Shown: positions 45,853-58,196 of the stretch, piece after piece
Numbering within the stretch: the first letter of the stretch is position 1
Layout of the letters: each line of letters opens with the position of its first letter
Assembly (NCBI GenBank): GCA_951406725.2
Contig: OX597819.1
Span: 43,276,001-43,340,000 of the forward strand
Reading direction: 5' to 3'
DNA: 64,000 nt
Origin: Octopus vulgaris
Taxonomy: Eukaryota
Program-made: the position numbers and the translations under genes
Notes under the pieces: generated by a model
The model's input: the letters and a program-made list of their open reading frames with translations, nothing else
Database searches by the model: none
What the model was told of the DNA's origin: nothing

Positions 45853-46311
45853 TGTTTGTATCTGTGTTTGATCCCCACTGATTCTTGACAATGAGTGTTG
45901 ATGTATTTTATGTCCCTGTAACCCAGCGGTTCGGCGAAGATACCGATAAAGTACCAGGCTTTTAAAAAATAAATACTGGGGGTCGAGCCGTTCGACTAAA
46001 ATACTTCAAGGCGGTGCCCCAGTATGACCGCAGTGTAATGAATGAAACAAGTATAAAAGATAAAAGATATACAGGCTTACCATAATTTCCTAAGCTCAAG
46101 CTGGAGCACTTCAAATTATTGTTACCATAGGTAAAGGTGCTTGTGTGAAGAACATGTATAGCTTAATTCTTATTAAGTGCTATGTGATCTCTCTTAGAAA
46201 TAAGGTTCTGAACTTCAAACCTAAAGTTAAAGCATGCTTTGATGCCCTTTCTATATTTGTAAGAAATAAGATAGGAAAACTATAAACTTTTTAATATTTA
46301 TACGGTATATA

Positions 46312-46500
46312 AGACGATGAGTTGGCAGAATCGTTAGCACGCCGGGCGAAATGCTTAGCGGTATTTCATCCATCTTTACGGTCTGAGTTCAAACTCCGTC
46401 GAAGTGCCCTTTGCTTTTTATCCTTTCGGGTTCGATCAAATAAGTACCAGTTGAGCACTGGGGGTCGAAATTGCGCGCCTTGTTCCAAAGTTTGAAATCA
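46312..46500 (+). mobile_element. SINE family B copy
   Basis: gagttggcagaatcgttagcacgccgggcgaaatgcttagcgg..taagtaccagttgagcactgggggtcg. Confidence 0.85.
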
Positions 46501-46867
46501 ATATTTATATGGCATATTCTGAAATCCTGAAAATAAATTATTTGTAATCCCGGAATAATCAAAATGTCACTGAACTACAATAGCTAGCTACCTTGCGCCG
46601 TACATGTGACTTGAGAGTGCTCTTACAACGTAGATATATCATACATCAGCTACTACTATGGTCAAGACGCGTAGCGCTAATCTTAGACTGAGGTAGGGTT
46701 GACTATGTCAGTTAATTTGAGTTGTGCACGGCAAGGTTGGATCTCCTTGCTGATTTCAAAATTCTTAGCCTTTCATTCTCAGTATTTACGAGAACTCATT
46801 GGTCCATAACTGGAACACTGCGGGACTTCAGTGTCAAACGGGACAAATTTACTGAGCGGAGGGAACA

Positions 46868-47512
46868 CCGGAACGCGAAATTTTTTTTCCCCACGTGAGT
46901 TCCAGACCTCAGTTATGAATCATTTGCATACAGCCAATTAGAGCTCAACTATCAAACTTAATTTATGAGCGCATAACAAGTGATGGGGGATAAGATAAGG
47001 TCACTGGGATGAGGAATGACCCTGCTTCTTTTCGCTTTTAATAATGCTTCTGCATAATTATTTGTGTTGTTGTTTACTTTGTAAAGCAGTAAGGGGAGAG
47101 GACTTCTTGCACATCACCCTCAACCTACACTTTTCCCGTCCACATCTTTACCAATTGGGGCCCTAACAAAATCCGACAATGGGTTTAGATGCAAATCTAG
47201 CTAATTACATGTCTCCATCTAAAATCAGGCATAACTTGGCGATCGGTCGACTTAGAACACCGTTCTTCGTCTTGAGTTTACTTGATAGAGTGTGTTTTAC
47301 CAAGAGATTGGTTGTTTTTAACACTTTCACGAATGTCATGTTGGGTTTTGCGTCTAGACATAATCTGAGAGCTGAACGGACCTGATCATTCGTTATCCGC
47401 ATGGCTGCCTCTACGGAGTTTTTCGTGTACAACGAGCTCTGATTGGCTGTATGTAAATGAGTTCATTACTGGGGGTCCGGAACTCTCGTGGGAAAAATTT
47501 TTTCGTCACCGG
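46868..47512. mobile_element. Element bounded by about 79-bp imperfect inverted repeats
   Basis: 46868-46946 and 47434-47512 are reverse complements (ccgg..cccacg.gagttcc.gacc..cagt.atgaa.tcattt.catacagccaat.agagctc). Confidence 0.75.
47120..47300 (-). mobile_element. BEL/Pao LTR-retrotransposon integrase C-terminal fragment
   Basis: KLKTKNGVLSRPIAKLCLILD* resembles the BEL/Pao polyprotein end (V.vKT..G.l.RPi.KLc.l). It is followed by a purine tract plus TGT (gacgggaaaag tgt) resembling a PPT/LTR start. Confidence 0.6.
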
Positions 47513-47689
47513 GACAGACCCTTCAAATAGTATTATATTTTTGTGTATATATGACTCTATAGAACCAAGGGTCCTTTCCTACTTTAAGACATTATATGGG
47601 ATTTGAGAGAAATTTGGATTCTGTGTCAAACAGTTCGAGGAATTGCACAGGAGCCTTCCCTCACTCATTAACTCTAAGTAAACTTGTCT

Positions 47690-48089
47690 CTTTACTCTTT
47701 TTACTCTTTTACTTGTTTCAGTCATTTGACTGCGGCCATGCTGGAGCACCGCCTTTAATCGAGCAACTCAACCCCGGGACTTATTCTTTGTAAGCCCAGT
47801 ACTTATTCTATCGGTCTCCTTTGCCGAACCGCTAAGTGACGAGGACATAAGCACACCAGCATCGGTTGTCAAGCAATGCTAGGGGGACAAACACAAACAT
47901 ACACACACATATATATATACATATATACGACGGGATTCTTTCAGTTTCCGTCTACCAAATCCACTCACAAGGCTTTGGTCGGCCCGAGGCTATAGTAGAA
48001 GACACTTGCCCAAGGTGCCACGCAGTGGGACTGAACCCGGAACCATGTGGCTGGTAAACAAGCTACTTACCACACACCCACTCCTACGC
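47690..48089 (-). mobile_element. SINE family A, full-length young copy
   Basis: Near-identical to 17668-18063. Confidence 0.9.
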
Positions 48090-48559
48090 CAATCTGTTAT
48101 TTTTTTAAACACTAAATAATGTCTGATAGAACAGAACTATAAAAACCGTCCTGCCCATGATCATCATGTCTCGTTGCATTTCAAGAACTCCATTGCCCAT
48201 TGTGTTTTTATCTTAGACGAATGTGATTGGAAGGGGCGTGATTTGAGGGATATTTAGCTGCTGTTTCCAGTAGACCAAGTTTCCTTTTTGAACACTGGTG
48301 CCAGTCAACGTACATCGCCATTTCCTTGTATAAAAGGAAAATACTGTGAGGCAGGGATAAAACAAGGACGATCAAACGATATTCTCGTGTGCCTGAAACG
48401 CTATCTCTCTCGCTCTCCCTTTTTCCCTCTATCTCTCTCTCACTTACTCACACTCTTTCTTTCTCTTACACACACACGCACGCACGTTTTCATTCTGGCA
48501 GAGCGATAACGATGTTCTGTACCGAGTACTCGTATTCCTCCTAGGTGCCAATAACAATG

Positions 48560-48820
48560 GCTTAAACGTCTCACCACGAGAGCACCTCTGTCGAACACAA
48601 TTAGACATCAGGATATGAGCTGGCAAATGTCATAGCAGACGTTTGCTGTGTGCAGACCAAAGACGACGGCCAGCATGAGAAGCCTGGCTGCAAACGATGG
48701 GACGTGTAGCAAAGAGTACTTTACATTTTTCGTCATAATTAAGTAAGCTCGATGCCAAATAGATGAAAGCAGTATCGTGACTGGTGAGGTGTGACGTTTA
48801 CGAGACATCGAAGGACACAA
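48560..48820 (+). mobile_element. Degraded APE-endonuclease fragment of an RTE-like LINE
   Basis: 48611-48658 encodes GYELANVIADVCCVQT, resembling the APE motif ELa.......DicCvQE. Confidence 0.4.
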
Positions 48821-48858
48821 CAATAACAACAAAACCGGTTTTTAGACCGGCGGTAAAC

Positions 48859-48937
<79 letters not shown>

Positions 48938-49025
48938 TGTATGTATGTATTTATGTATATATGTATATATAAATATATATATATACATACATACATACAT
49001 ACATACATACATACATACATGTATG

Positions 49026-49112
<87 letters not shown>

Positions 49113-49241
49113 TATAAATAAATATATATATACATACATATATACATACACACCAGAGACGTCTGGAGGGGTTCCGTCAATCAAGTTCCACTCACATACT
49201 GTTGCTCAACTCTGGTCTCCTTCCTTCCTTCTCTCTCTCTC

Positions 49242-49340
<99 letters not shown>

Positions 49341-49341
49341 T

Positions 49342-49412
<71 letters not shown>

Positions 49413-49418
49413 ACATAA

Positions 49419-49519
<101 letters not shown>

Positions 49520-49969
49520 TATCTTCTGGTCTTTCCGTCATTAGATTGTGACCGTTCTGTGGCACCGCCTTGAAGATCTTTTAGTCGAAGAAGTCGACAC
49601 CAATACTATTTTTTTTTAAAGAACTGGTACTTATTCTACGTTACGGTGACGAAAAACACAATTACAGCAGTTGTCAAGACATTTGCCGAATTACTTCGAA
49701 GTCGGAGAGAATCCGGAAACAACTTCTTAATTAGACGGCAATGCATATATACATATATATGCATACATATATTGTTAATGTATTACAGATAGCAGTTATG
49801 TGATATGAAACGCACTGTCAAAATATGTAAGACATTCAAGAAATGTTGCATGTAATACAATCCATATATTCAATGACATCCATATGTGCCTGTGCACACG
49901 CATACGTATGTCCATACATATGCACATGCAGACATACATATATACATATATACATTATACATGTATATT

Positions 49970-50123
49970 TATGTTTCTCTCCTTGTTTTTTTCTGTGTCC
50001 CTTTCTGTAGAAGAGCGTTGGCTCGAAACGTAAAAGACTTTTTCTATTCCTGAGCGTTATACTAATACATCTGTTTGTTTTCTACACCACCTGTCTTCGT
50101 CCTTTGTTATTTTCGTAAACTCT

Positions 50124-50125
<2 letters not shown>
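49970..50125 (+). mobile_element. Penelope-like pLTR remnant with minimal hammerhead variant
   Basis: cttt CTGTAGA agagc gttg gctc GAAAC GTA aaag. Same family as the copies at about 7620 and 57440 (shared gctcgaaacgt..cctgagcg..taata). Flanked by (TA)n. Confidence 0.55.
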
Positions 50126-50182
<57 letters not shown>

Positions 50183-50184
50183 GT

Positions 50185-50340
50185 AAATGTAATATGTGAC
50201 AATTATTCGGTAGCCAAGATGAAACTCTGAGTTTCGGATGCCGAGATGGAAATCCACACCACCATCTCTTCAGTTATCCGACCATCGGAAAAAATCAGTG
50301 TTTTATCTTGGCTACCGAATAATTATCACATATTACATTT
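50185..50340. repeat. Long inverted repeat (46-bp arms) overlapping a hammerhead-like motif
   Basis: 50185-50230 and 50295-50340 are reverse complements with 3 mismatches. The minus strand reads gataa CTGAAGA gatg..catc c GAAAC tcaga GTT tcatc. Confidence 0.7.
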
Positions 50341-50403
50341 AAAGATTCCTCTATTTACATAACATTGAGGTCTCTTTCTTTCTTTTGTTATCTTACCGTT
50401 TTT

Positions 50404-50440
<37 letters not shown>

Positions 50441-50732
50441 TTCAATAGAAAATCTTTATTGTCACGTAACAACTGAATCTTAGTCAGTCAGCTGATGGGC
50501 TCCACTACTTCAAATTTCTTAAAATTTAAATCCACATCTTTGTCTATGTATCTATCTTCTCTATAATGTTGCCACTTGATATGAATATTTTTCTATTAAT
50601 GGAAAACCTCTATAATTGGCTGATGAGTGCTCAGCATTTTAAAACTGTTGTAATACTTACAAAATTTAATAAAATGATGTAGTACGAAACGATCGTACCA
50701 AATTACCGGAGTCATTCTTGTTGCTTATTTTG

Positions 50733-50769
<37 letters not shown>

Positions 50770-51036
50770 TACACGCGTTTCGTGATATTGATAGGCATCA
50801 ATTACGCCAGCATAAAATCCAGTTACATGAATAAATGCCGCAATCATACCCCTGGAACCGCGTCGCACCTTTTGAAATTAAATAACCTATAAGGGAATAA
50901 GAAATTATGTCATGAACTTCATTAGGTTACATGTGTTTCTGCTGTAAGATGCAATGCACCAATAATTGAGTGCTTCCGCATCTCCCTATCGGTTTATCGG
51001 AGCTTCAGAAAATGAAGCGCAGTTTTTTACGTGTAT

Positions 51037-51107
<71 letters not shown>

Positions 51108-51642
51108 AACAAACAAACATTCACACTTACCCGTACAGACACAAACACACATGCATGTCGTGTATATATGTGTGTACATACATAAAACCATGGTGGCTGC
51201 CCCCTCGTTATCGAGTATGGCCATTGCACGAAGCTTAATCAATGTTGTTATAGTGCAATGCCTGTGCAAGGAGATATTTTTTTAAGTGAGGAAAGGCTGT
51301 GCACTGAGTCAATCCCACTCACTAAGCAACATCAGCCATTATCCGAAAAGAAGAACAAGTCAACATCATCGGTAACCACTGAGCCGCAGATTTTATGTCG
51401 GAGTTATCCCAGTTACCTGAGTTGCCTTCTCCTAGAAGGATGCCCTGACAAAGGCTAGGAGTCCTTCACTTCCAATGGTTTAACTGCGCGATCGGGTATT
51501 CAATCCGATTATTTCTATGTCCCCGCGCATGATACAGCCTGAAGACATTTATTGGATGACCATTGACTCTCAAGAGTTCATACATACGTACGTACATACA
51601 TACATAAATACATACATCCATATATACATATATGTACGTACT

Positions 51643-51730
51643 TACGCGGGAGTATTGGAAGGTTCTTGGCTTTAAGGATATGGCAAAAAGCCCGGTTGGT
51701 GGCGCAACAGGGCTTAGAAAAACGGAAGGA
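51643..51730 (+). mobile_element. Mariner-like TIR fragment
   Basis: TA+cgcgggagtattggaaggttcttggctt resembles mariner termini (TA CGAGGG...AAAAGTT). No partner TIR was seen. Confidence 0.3.
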
Positions 51731-51764
51731 CCGCTTGGTGTATACTTATGTATATATGCATATT

Positions 51765-51996
51765 CTTTTATACTTTTACTTGTTTCTGTCACTTGACTGC
51801 GGCCATACTGGAGTACCGTCTTTAGTCGAACAAATTGACCCCCAGGACTTATTCTTTGTAAGACTAGTACTTATTCTGTCGATCGCTTTGGCCGAACCGC
51901 TAAGTTACTGGGATGTAAATACACCAACATCGGCTGTCAGGCGATGTTGGGAGGACACAGACACACAAATATATATACATACTTATATATATACAT

Positions 51997-52030
<34 letters not shown>

Positions 52031-52185
52031 ATATACACACACGACGGGCTTCTTTCAGTTTCCCTCTACCAAATCCACTCACAAGGCTTTGGTTGGCATG
52101 AGGCTATAGTACAAGATACGTGTCCAAAGTGCCACGCTGTGGGACTGAACCTGGAACCATGTGGTTGGGAAGTAAGCTTCTTACT
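51765..52185 (-). mobile_element. SINE family A copy
   Basis: Homologous along its full length. Confidence 0.85.
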
Positions 52186-52333
52186 ATTTGTACATACTGA
52201 TGTGCAGAAATACACATTCATATACACACATATCTATCTATATATGTATATGTTTGTAGCAATTTAGCTAAACCATAAACATTTTTGTGTATGTATCTTA
52301 GTTTCTAGTTAGCTAAACATACTGTAGGGCAAC

Positions 52334-52380
52334 TTTGCTGCTGATGAAACCTATTGAGACAGAAACTTATGTCCATAGCT
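52334..52380 (+). ncRNA. Degenerate hammerhead-like motif
   Basis: gctg CTGATGA aacctattgagaca GAAAC ttat GTC catagc. The core is intact but stems I and II are poorly paired. Confidence 0.4.
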
Positions 52381-52673
52381 GAGTGGGCTATTTAATAAAA
52401 AAAAACCCACCTGATTGATTGTATTTTTGTCAATGGCATGGACACTCACTTAGATTTTTTTTTACATTATCTCTCTTTCTCATTTTGTCATTTGAACGTG
52501 GAACTGATTCCCACTATTTGATTGGTCTAGCCTATCTAGAAGCTGAGATAATTTCAAAATTCAAGGAATTGTATTGTACATTGTTTAATATACCTTCATT
52601 CGTTTTGTTGTTCAGCTAAATGCTGCTGGCCACTCTGAGATATCTTATTTTTGCTTCAGTTATACACGCACAC

Positions 52674-52747
<74 letters not shown>

Positions 52748-52759
52748 GTAATATATGTA

Positions 52760-53159
52760 CAGGCTTCTTTCAATTTCCGCTTACCAGATCCGAGGCTATA
52801 GCAGAAGACACTTGCCCAAAGTGCCACGCAGTGGGACTGAACCCAGAGCTATGTGGTTGGTAAGCAAGCTACTTACCACGCTGTCACTCCTGCGCCACTC
52901 CTAATTCATATATATATATATATATATACATATTACATTTCTACAGTAGCCAACCAACACATTGTGAACCCTATGTTACTGTACCTAGTCAATCTGGCGT
53001 CCAACGTGTTGATGGCTTTAGATTCTAATAAATCTACCGACCACATGCTTCTGGGTTCAGTCCCACAGCATGGCACCTTGGACAAGTGTCTTCTGCTATA
53101 GCCTCGGGCCGACCAAAGCCTTGTGAGTGGATTTGTTAGTGGAAACTGTAAGAAGGCCG

Positions 53160-53160
<1 letters not shown>
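52760..53160. mobile_element. Two SINE family A heads in divergent inverted orientation
   Basis: 52760-52895 is on the minus strand and 53040-53160 on the plus strand. Confidence 0.75.
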
Positions 53161-53210
<50 letters not shown>

Positions 53211-53755
53211 TTGCATGTATGCATGTATTCGCTTTCTCTTTAGATTAAATTTTGACAGGACATCTCGTTGCAAAGCACTTTGTTTTAAACATCATCCTTT
53301 AAATCTTAAGAAGGGTCTTGCAGATTTTTATAGTCTAAAGAATCGTGATCATTTTGTAGCATATGAATTAAGGATTTGCATTGTTTTCCCCCAAGATCCT
53401 AAGTTCAACCATACTTTGCTTCATATATATATATATATGGTCACGAGTATGTATGCATGCATATAAATATATAAACATACATATTGTCTAATAAGTGGCC
53501 GAAATAAGATTAAGATTAATGTAAAAAATAAATAAAGCTGAAGCAAAGTAACACCAAATATACGTATAGTGCGTGTTTTTATTGGCTAAACTGTCAAAAT
53601 GACCATTCCTAAATACAACAATGTTTCAACACACGATTTCACATAAAAAAAATCTTGCAAAACAAATATATAAACGTAGCATACATATGCCTATATTTAT
53701 ACATGTAACTATAATGCATCTACATATAAACACACACACACACACACATACATAT

Positions 53756-53817
<62 letters not shown>

Positions 53818-53844
53818 GGAGTTGAACGAAGATGTTAACAAAAT

Positions 53845-53940
53845 TCCTTTACTCTCGACATATGTTTCGAAGACAACATGGTTTTATTCCAAAGGAATAA
53901 ATGGTGTAAGATGCAATCTTCTCATCAGGAAAGAAAGGGA
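53845..53940 (-). ncRNA. Type I hammerhead ribozyme (Penelope-like element type), intact core
   Basis: Minus strand reads tccctttctttc CTGATGA gaaga..tcttc GAAAC atat GTC gagagtaaagga. All core nucleotides are present, with stems I and II and a short palindromic stem III. Confidence 0.8.
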
Positions 53941-54114
53941 GCCTCTCTCAACAACAAGAAGACATAGCAATTACGATGACTGCCTACACGGTAAACAAAA
54001 CGTTAATAAGTTATAATTTATATTTTTAGGATGGCGGAATCTTGAAGCAAATATAGCTATATATAATAGCATATAAATATTGAGTTAAAAACCCTTTGGA
54101 TAGAAAAAGTTGAA

Positions 54115-54186
54115 GGTTGCCTGTTGGACACGGACCCATATCTCCTGGAAGCATGACGGACGTTCTGCCGATGGACCAAAGCAATC
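54115..54186 (-). pseudogene. Degenerate tRNA-like sequence / SINE head
   Basis: 72 nt with an acceptor-like stem GATTGCT/GGCAACC, A-box-like TGGTCCATCGG, B-box-like GGTCCGTGTCC and a downstream TTTTT. The cloverleaf is imperfect. Confidence 0.35.
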
Positions 54187-54254
54187 CCAGTTTTTACAAT
54201 TCATTTTAGAAAGTTTATTCTTACGACTTGATACAATACGTACATACATACGTC

Positions 54255-54308
<54 letters not shown>

Positions 54309-54772
54309 AACACACACACATTCGTACATATATTCTTATATTCATCGACTAGTTTCATTCATTGAGGTGCGACCATGATGGGGTATAACCAATACACATT
54401 TTGTCAGTGAGATCGATTATTATTGTCTAATAAAGTATTCAATTCATTTCTGTTTGAAGACTCGCAAATTATGCATTATAAAGGAACACGTTGCCGAGAT
54501 AAAAAGAGTTGCGCCTAACAAATTCCATGCTACACGCCTTGGTAAAATAAATGCTTAAGATGAAGATGTCTGCAATAAGGCGTCGGTCATGGAGATCGAA
54601 TCCTGGGGCAGAGTGTTTTTTTTTTTTTTGGCGACGAGAAATGTTAACCACATTACAAAAGCTGTTAATGTGTTTGTATGAATGTGCGTATGGATGTGTT
54701 TATATGTGTGTGCACGTGTGTGTACATATACACACACACAGAGCATGTGCACATACATATATCATGTAGGTG

Positions 54773-54810
<38 letters not shown>

Positions 54811-54815
<5 letters not shown>

Positions 54816-55011
54816 CGGGCGAAATGTTTAGCGGTATTTCGTCTGCCGCCTTTACGTTCTGAGTTCAAATTCCGCCCAGGTCGACTTTGCCTTTCATCCT
54901 TTCGGGGTCGATTAAATAAGTACTAGTTACGCACTGGAGTCGATGTAATCGATTAATCCCTTTGTCTGTCCTTGTTTGTCCCCTCTGTTTAGCCTCCTGA
55001 GGGCAATAAAG

Positions 55012-55015
<4 letters not shown>
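54811..55015 (+). mobile_element. SINE family B copy, 5' truncated
   Basis: cacgccgggcgaaatg..tttgtctgtccttgtttgtcc..gggcaataaagaaata. Confidence 0.85.
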
Positions 55016-55069
<54 letters not shown>

Positions 55070-55270
55070 TTACTCTCTTTTACTCTCTTTTACTTGTTTC
55101 AGCCATGCTGGACCACCGCCTATAGTCGAGCAAATCGCCCCCGGGACTTATTCTTTGTAAGCCTAGTACTTATTCTATCAGTCCCTTTTGCCGAACCGCT
55201 AAGTGTCGGGGTCGTAAACACACCAGCATCGGTTGTCAAGCAATGCTAGGGGGACAGACACACAAACATA
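55070..55270 (-). mobile_element. SINE family A, 3' portion
   Basis: ccgggacttattctttgtaagcctagtacttattc..gcaatgctaggggg. Confidence 0.8.
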
Positions 55271-55439
55271 CACACACACACACATATATATTATATATCT
55301 ATACATATATATATATATGTGTATGTATATAATGTACGTATACATATATATATGTGTGTGTGTGTATGTTTGTGTATCTGTGTTTGTCCCCCTATATAGA
55401 TTCATAGAAAAATATTTATATACGTGTATAAGAGGCAGG

Positions 55440-55444
55440 TAGAC

Positions 55445-55495
<51 letters not shown>

Positions 55496-55502
55496 GAGTC
55501 AA

Positions 55503-55582
<80 letters not shown>

Positions 55583-55599
55583 GTAGGTAGGTACGTAGG

Positions 55600-55646
<47 letters not shown>

Positions 55647-55672
55647 ATTGATAGATAGATAGACAGACAGAC

Positions 55673-55742
<70 letters not shown>

Positions 55743-55831
55743 GTAGGTGGATAGATAGATAGACAGACAGATAGATACATACATACATACATACATACAT
55801 ACATACATACATACATACATACATACATACA

Positions 55832-55863
<32 letters not shown>

Positions 55864-55864
55864 C
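55440..55864. repeat. (GATA)n followed by (CATA)n microsatellite
   Basis: Directly visible. Other GATA/TATC arrays lie at 41605-41725, 44255-44440 and 45113-45210. Confidence 0.95.
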
Positions 55865-56368
55865 TTAAAAAAATACATGTAAAGCAGTGATTACTATGTT
55901 GACAGTGACAACATTAAGGTTAATGAAATCAACTATTTAAAGTGTCGTTTTTGTTTCTCGTCTGCATTTGTGCGTTTGTATTGGCGTGTGTGTGTGTATG
56001 AGTTGAATGAAAAGCGATAGGTTTAACGCATTACATAAGTAGCAAATATAAAAGACGAAATCAACACCAATCAGACGTAATACAGAAGATGATCAATAAT
56101 TTTCTTTGTTCTTTTCCTCTTTCTCTCTCTCTCTCTTTCTTTCCTTTTCTGTTTTGTTTTTTTATTTATATTTATTTTCGTGACTTTCATTAAATCAATT
56201 CAATCGCTATAGAAAGAGGTAGGTGGTGTATATACGGAAAAATTAGAAATACCAGTAGCGTAATATATTGCAATATCGACTTGTGTTGTTTATATGCACG
56301 TGTTCGTGTGTATATTTGTTCGTGCTTGATTTTTGAATGTGTGTGTTTGGAAGTGTGTGTGTGTGTTA

Positions 56369-56420
<52 letters not shown>

Positions 56421-56600
56421 ACGTGGTTTAATTTTCAGTTTTCTTTGTATACAACTGGTTTACATATTTGCTCCTACAAACAGACATGAAATAAATGTAC
56501 GTTTATATATATATAAGCATTAATAAATCTCTGAACGATATATATATATACACCGTAAATTTTGGCTCGGCGTGGTCAAAATACATTGTACACATACTCA

Positions 56601-56653
<53 letters not shown>

Positions 56654-56735
56654 GCACACACTCCCTCACACACAAATGTGCATACACACAAGCAAGCACA
56701 CTCGCGCATATATACACACCCACTTATATAGGCAC

Positions 56736-56777
<42 letters not shown>

Positions 56778-56834
56778 TTCGGAAGTCAAACACGTATAGT
56801 AGTAATAAACAAACATATTTACATATATACAAAG

Positions 56835-56882
<48 letters not shown>

Positions 56883-56959
56883 GTTTACATACATATACAT
56901 GTATACATGCATATATATATATATATAGACATGTTTACACACATATATATATGTATATA

Positions 56960-56990
<31 letters not shown>

Positions 56991-56994
<4 letters not shown>

Positions 56995-57258
56995 GTGTAT
57001 ATCTGTATATGTGTACATGTATGCATGTGTGTGTGTCTGTATCATTTATCTGTCTGTCCTTATACTGTGGCCATGCTGGGACACTGCCTTGGGAGAATTC
57101 TAGTTGAAAAAGCCCCAGTACTTATATTTTTTAAAAGCCTGGTATTTATTCTATCGCTCTCTTTTATAAAACCGCTAGGTTACGGCTATGTATAATTTTA
57201 AAGACCTATAGTAAGATACTCTCTTCAGTAAATTTGATAGATTGACTCACACAGCCAG

Positions 57259-57295
<37 letters not shown>

Positions 57296-57572
57296 GTGCG
57301 CGGAATAGACATACATATATATTAGAGACTGATATAGATATATAGATAGATATATCAACTCAGCACGTGCATCCGTTTACTCAGAGATGTCATTTTCTTT
57401 CTTCGATTCCCCCCTCCACTTTCTCCATTTATTTTCTCTCCTCATTCCTGTCTGTAGACGAGCATAGGCTCGAAACGTCCAAGAATCTTCCATTTCTCCT
57501 GAGCGTCAAACTAATACACTTCATTGTTCTCTCACTTGTCTCTGTTTTTCGTTGTTTTTTTATCATATATAT

Positions 57573-57618
<46 letters not shown>

Positions 57619-57774
57619 TATACATATATATACATACATATATATACATATATTTATATATATATGCATATACATATATATGCATACATCTATATACATA
57701 TATTTATATATATATATATGCATATACATATATATATATATACATACACATATATGCATATATTTGTATTACAT

Positions 57775-57807
<33 letters not shown>

Positions 57808-58099
57808 CATATATATGTATACATATATATGTATATATATGTGTATATACATATATGTATGCATATATATGTGTGTGAATATATAGACACACATACATCT
57901 ATCTATCTATATACATATGTATATATATATATATATATATGATTTTTTAATTTTTTTATTTTTCCAGTTTCAGCTCATGAGCTGTGGCCATGCTGGGGCA
58001 CCGCCATTTATATATATATATAAGGACAGTATAAGGACAGACAGATAAATGATACAGACACACACACATGCATACATGTACACATATACAGATATACAC

Positions 58100-58103
<4 letters not shown>
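56991..58103. repeat. Perfect 78-bp inverted duplication (56991-57068 / 58026-58103)
   Basis: Exact reverse complements, read base by base. Confidence 0.9.
57395..57560 (+). mobile_element. Penelope-like pLTR remnant with minimal hammerhead variant
   Basis: CTGTAGA cgagc atag gctc GAAAC GTC at 57452-57479, followed by cctgagcgtcaaactaataca. Confidence 0.55.
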
Positions 58104-58196
<93 letters not shown>

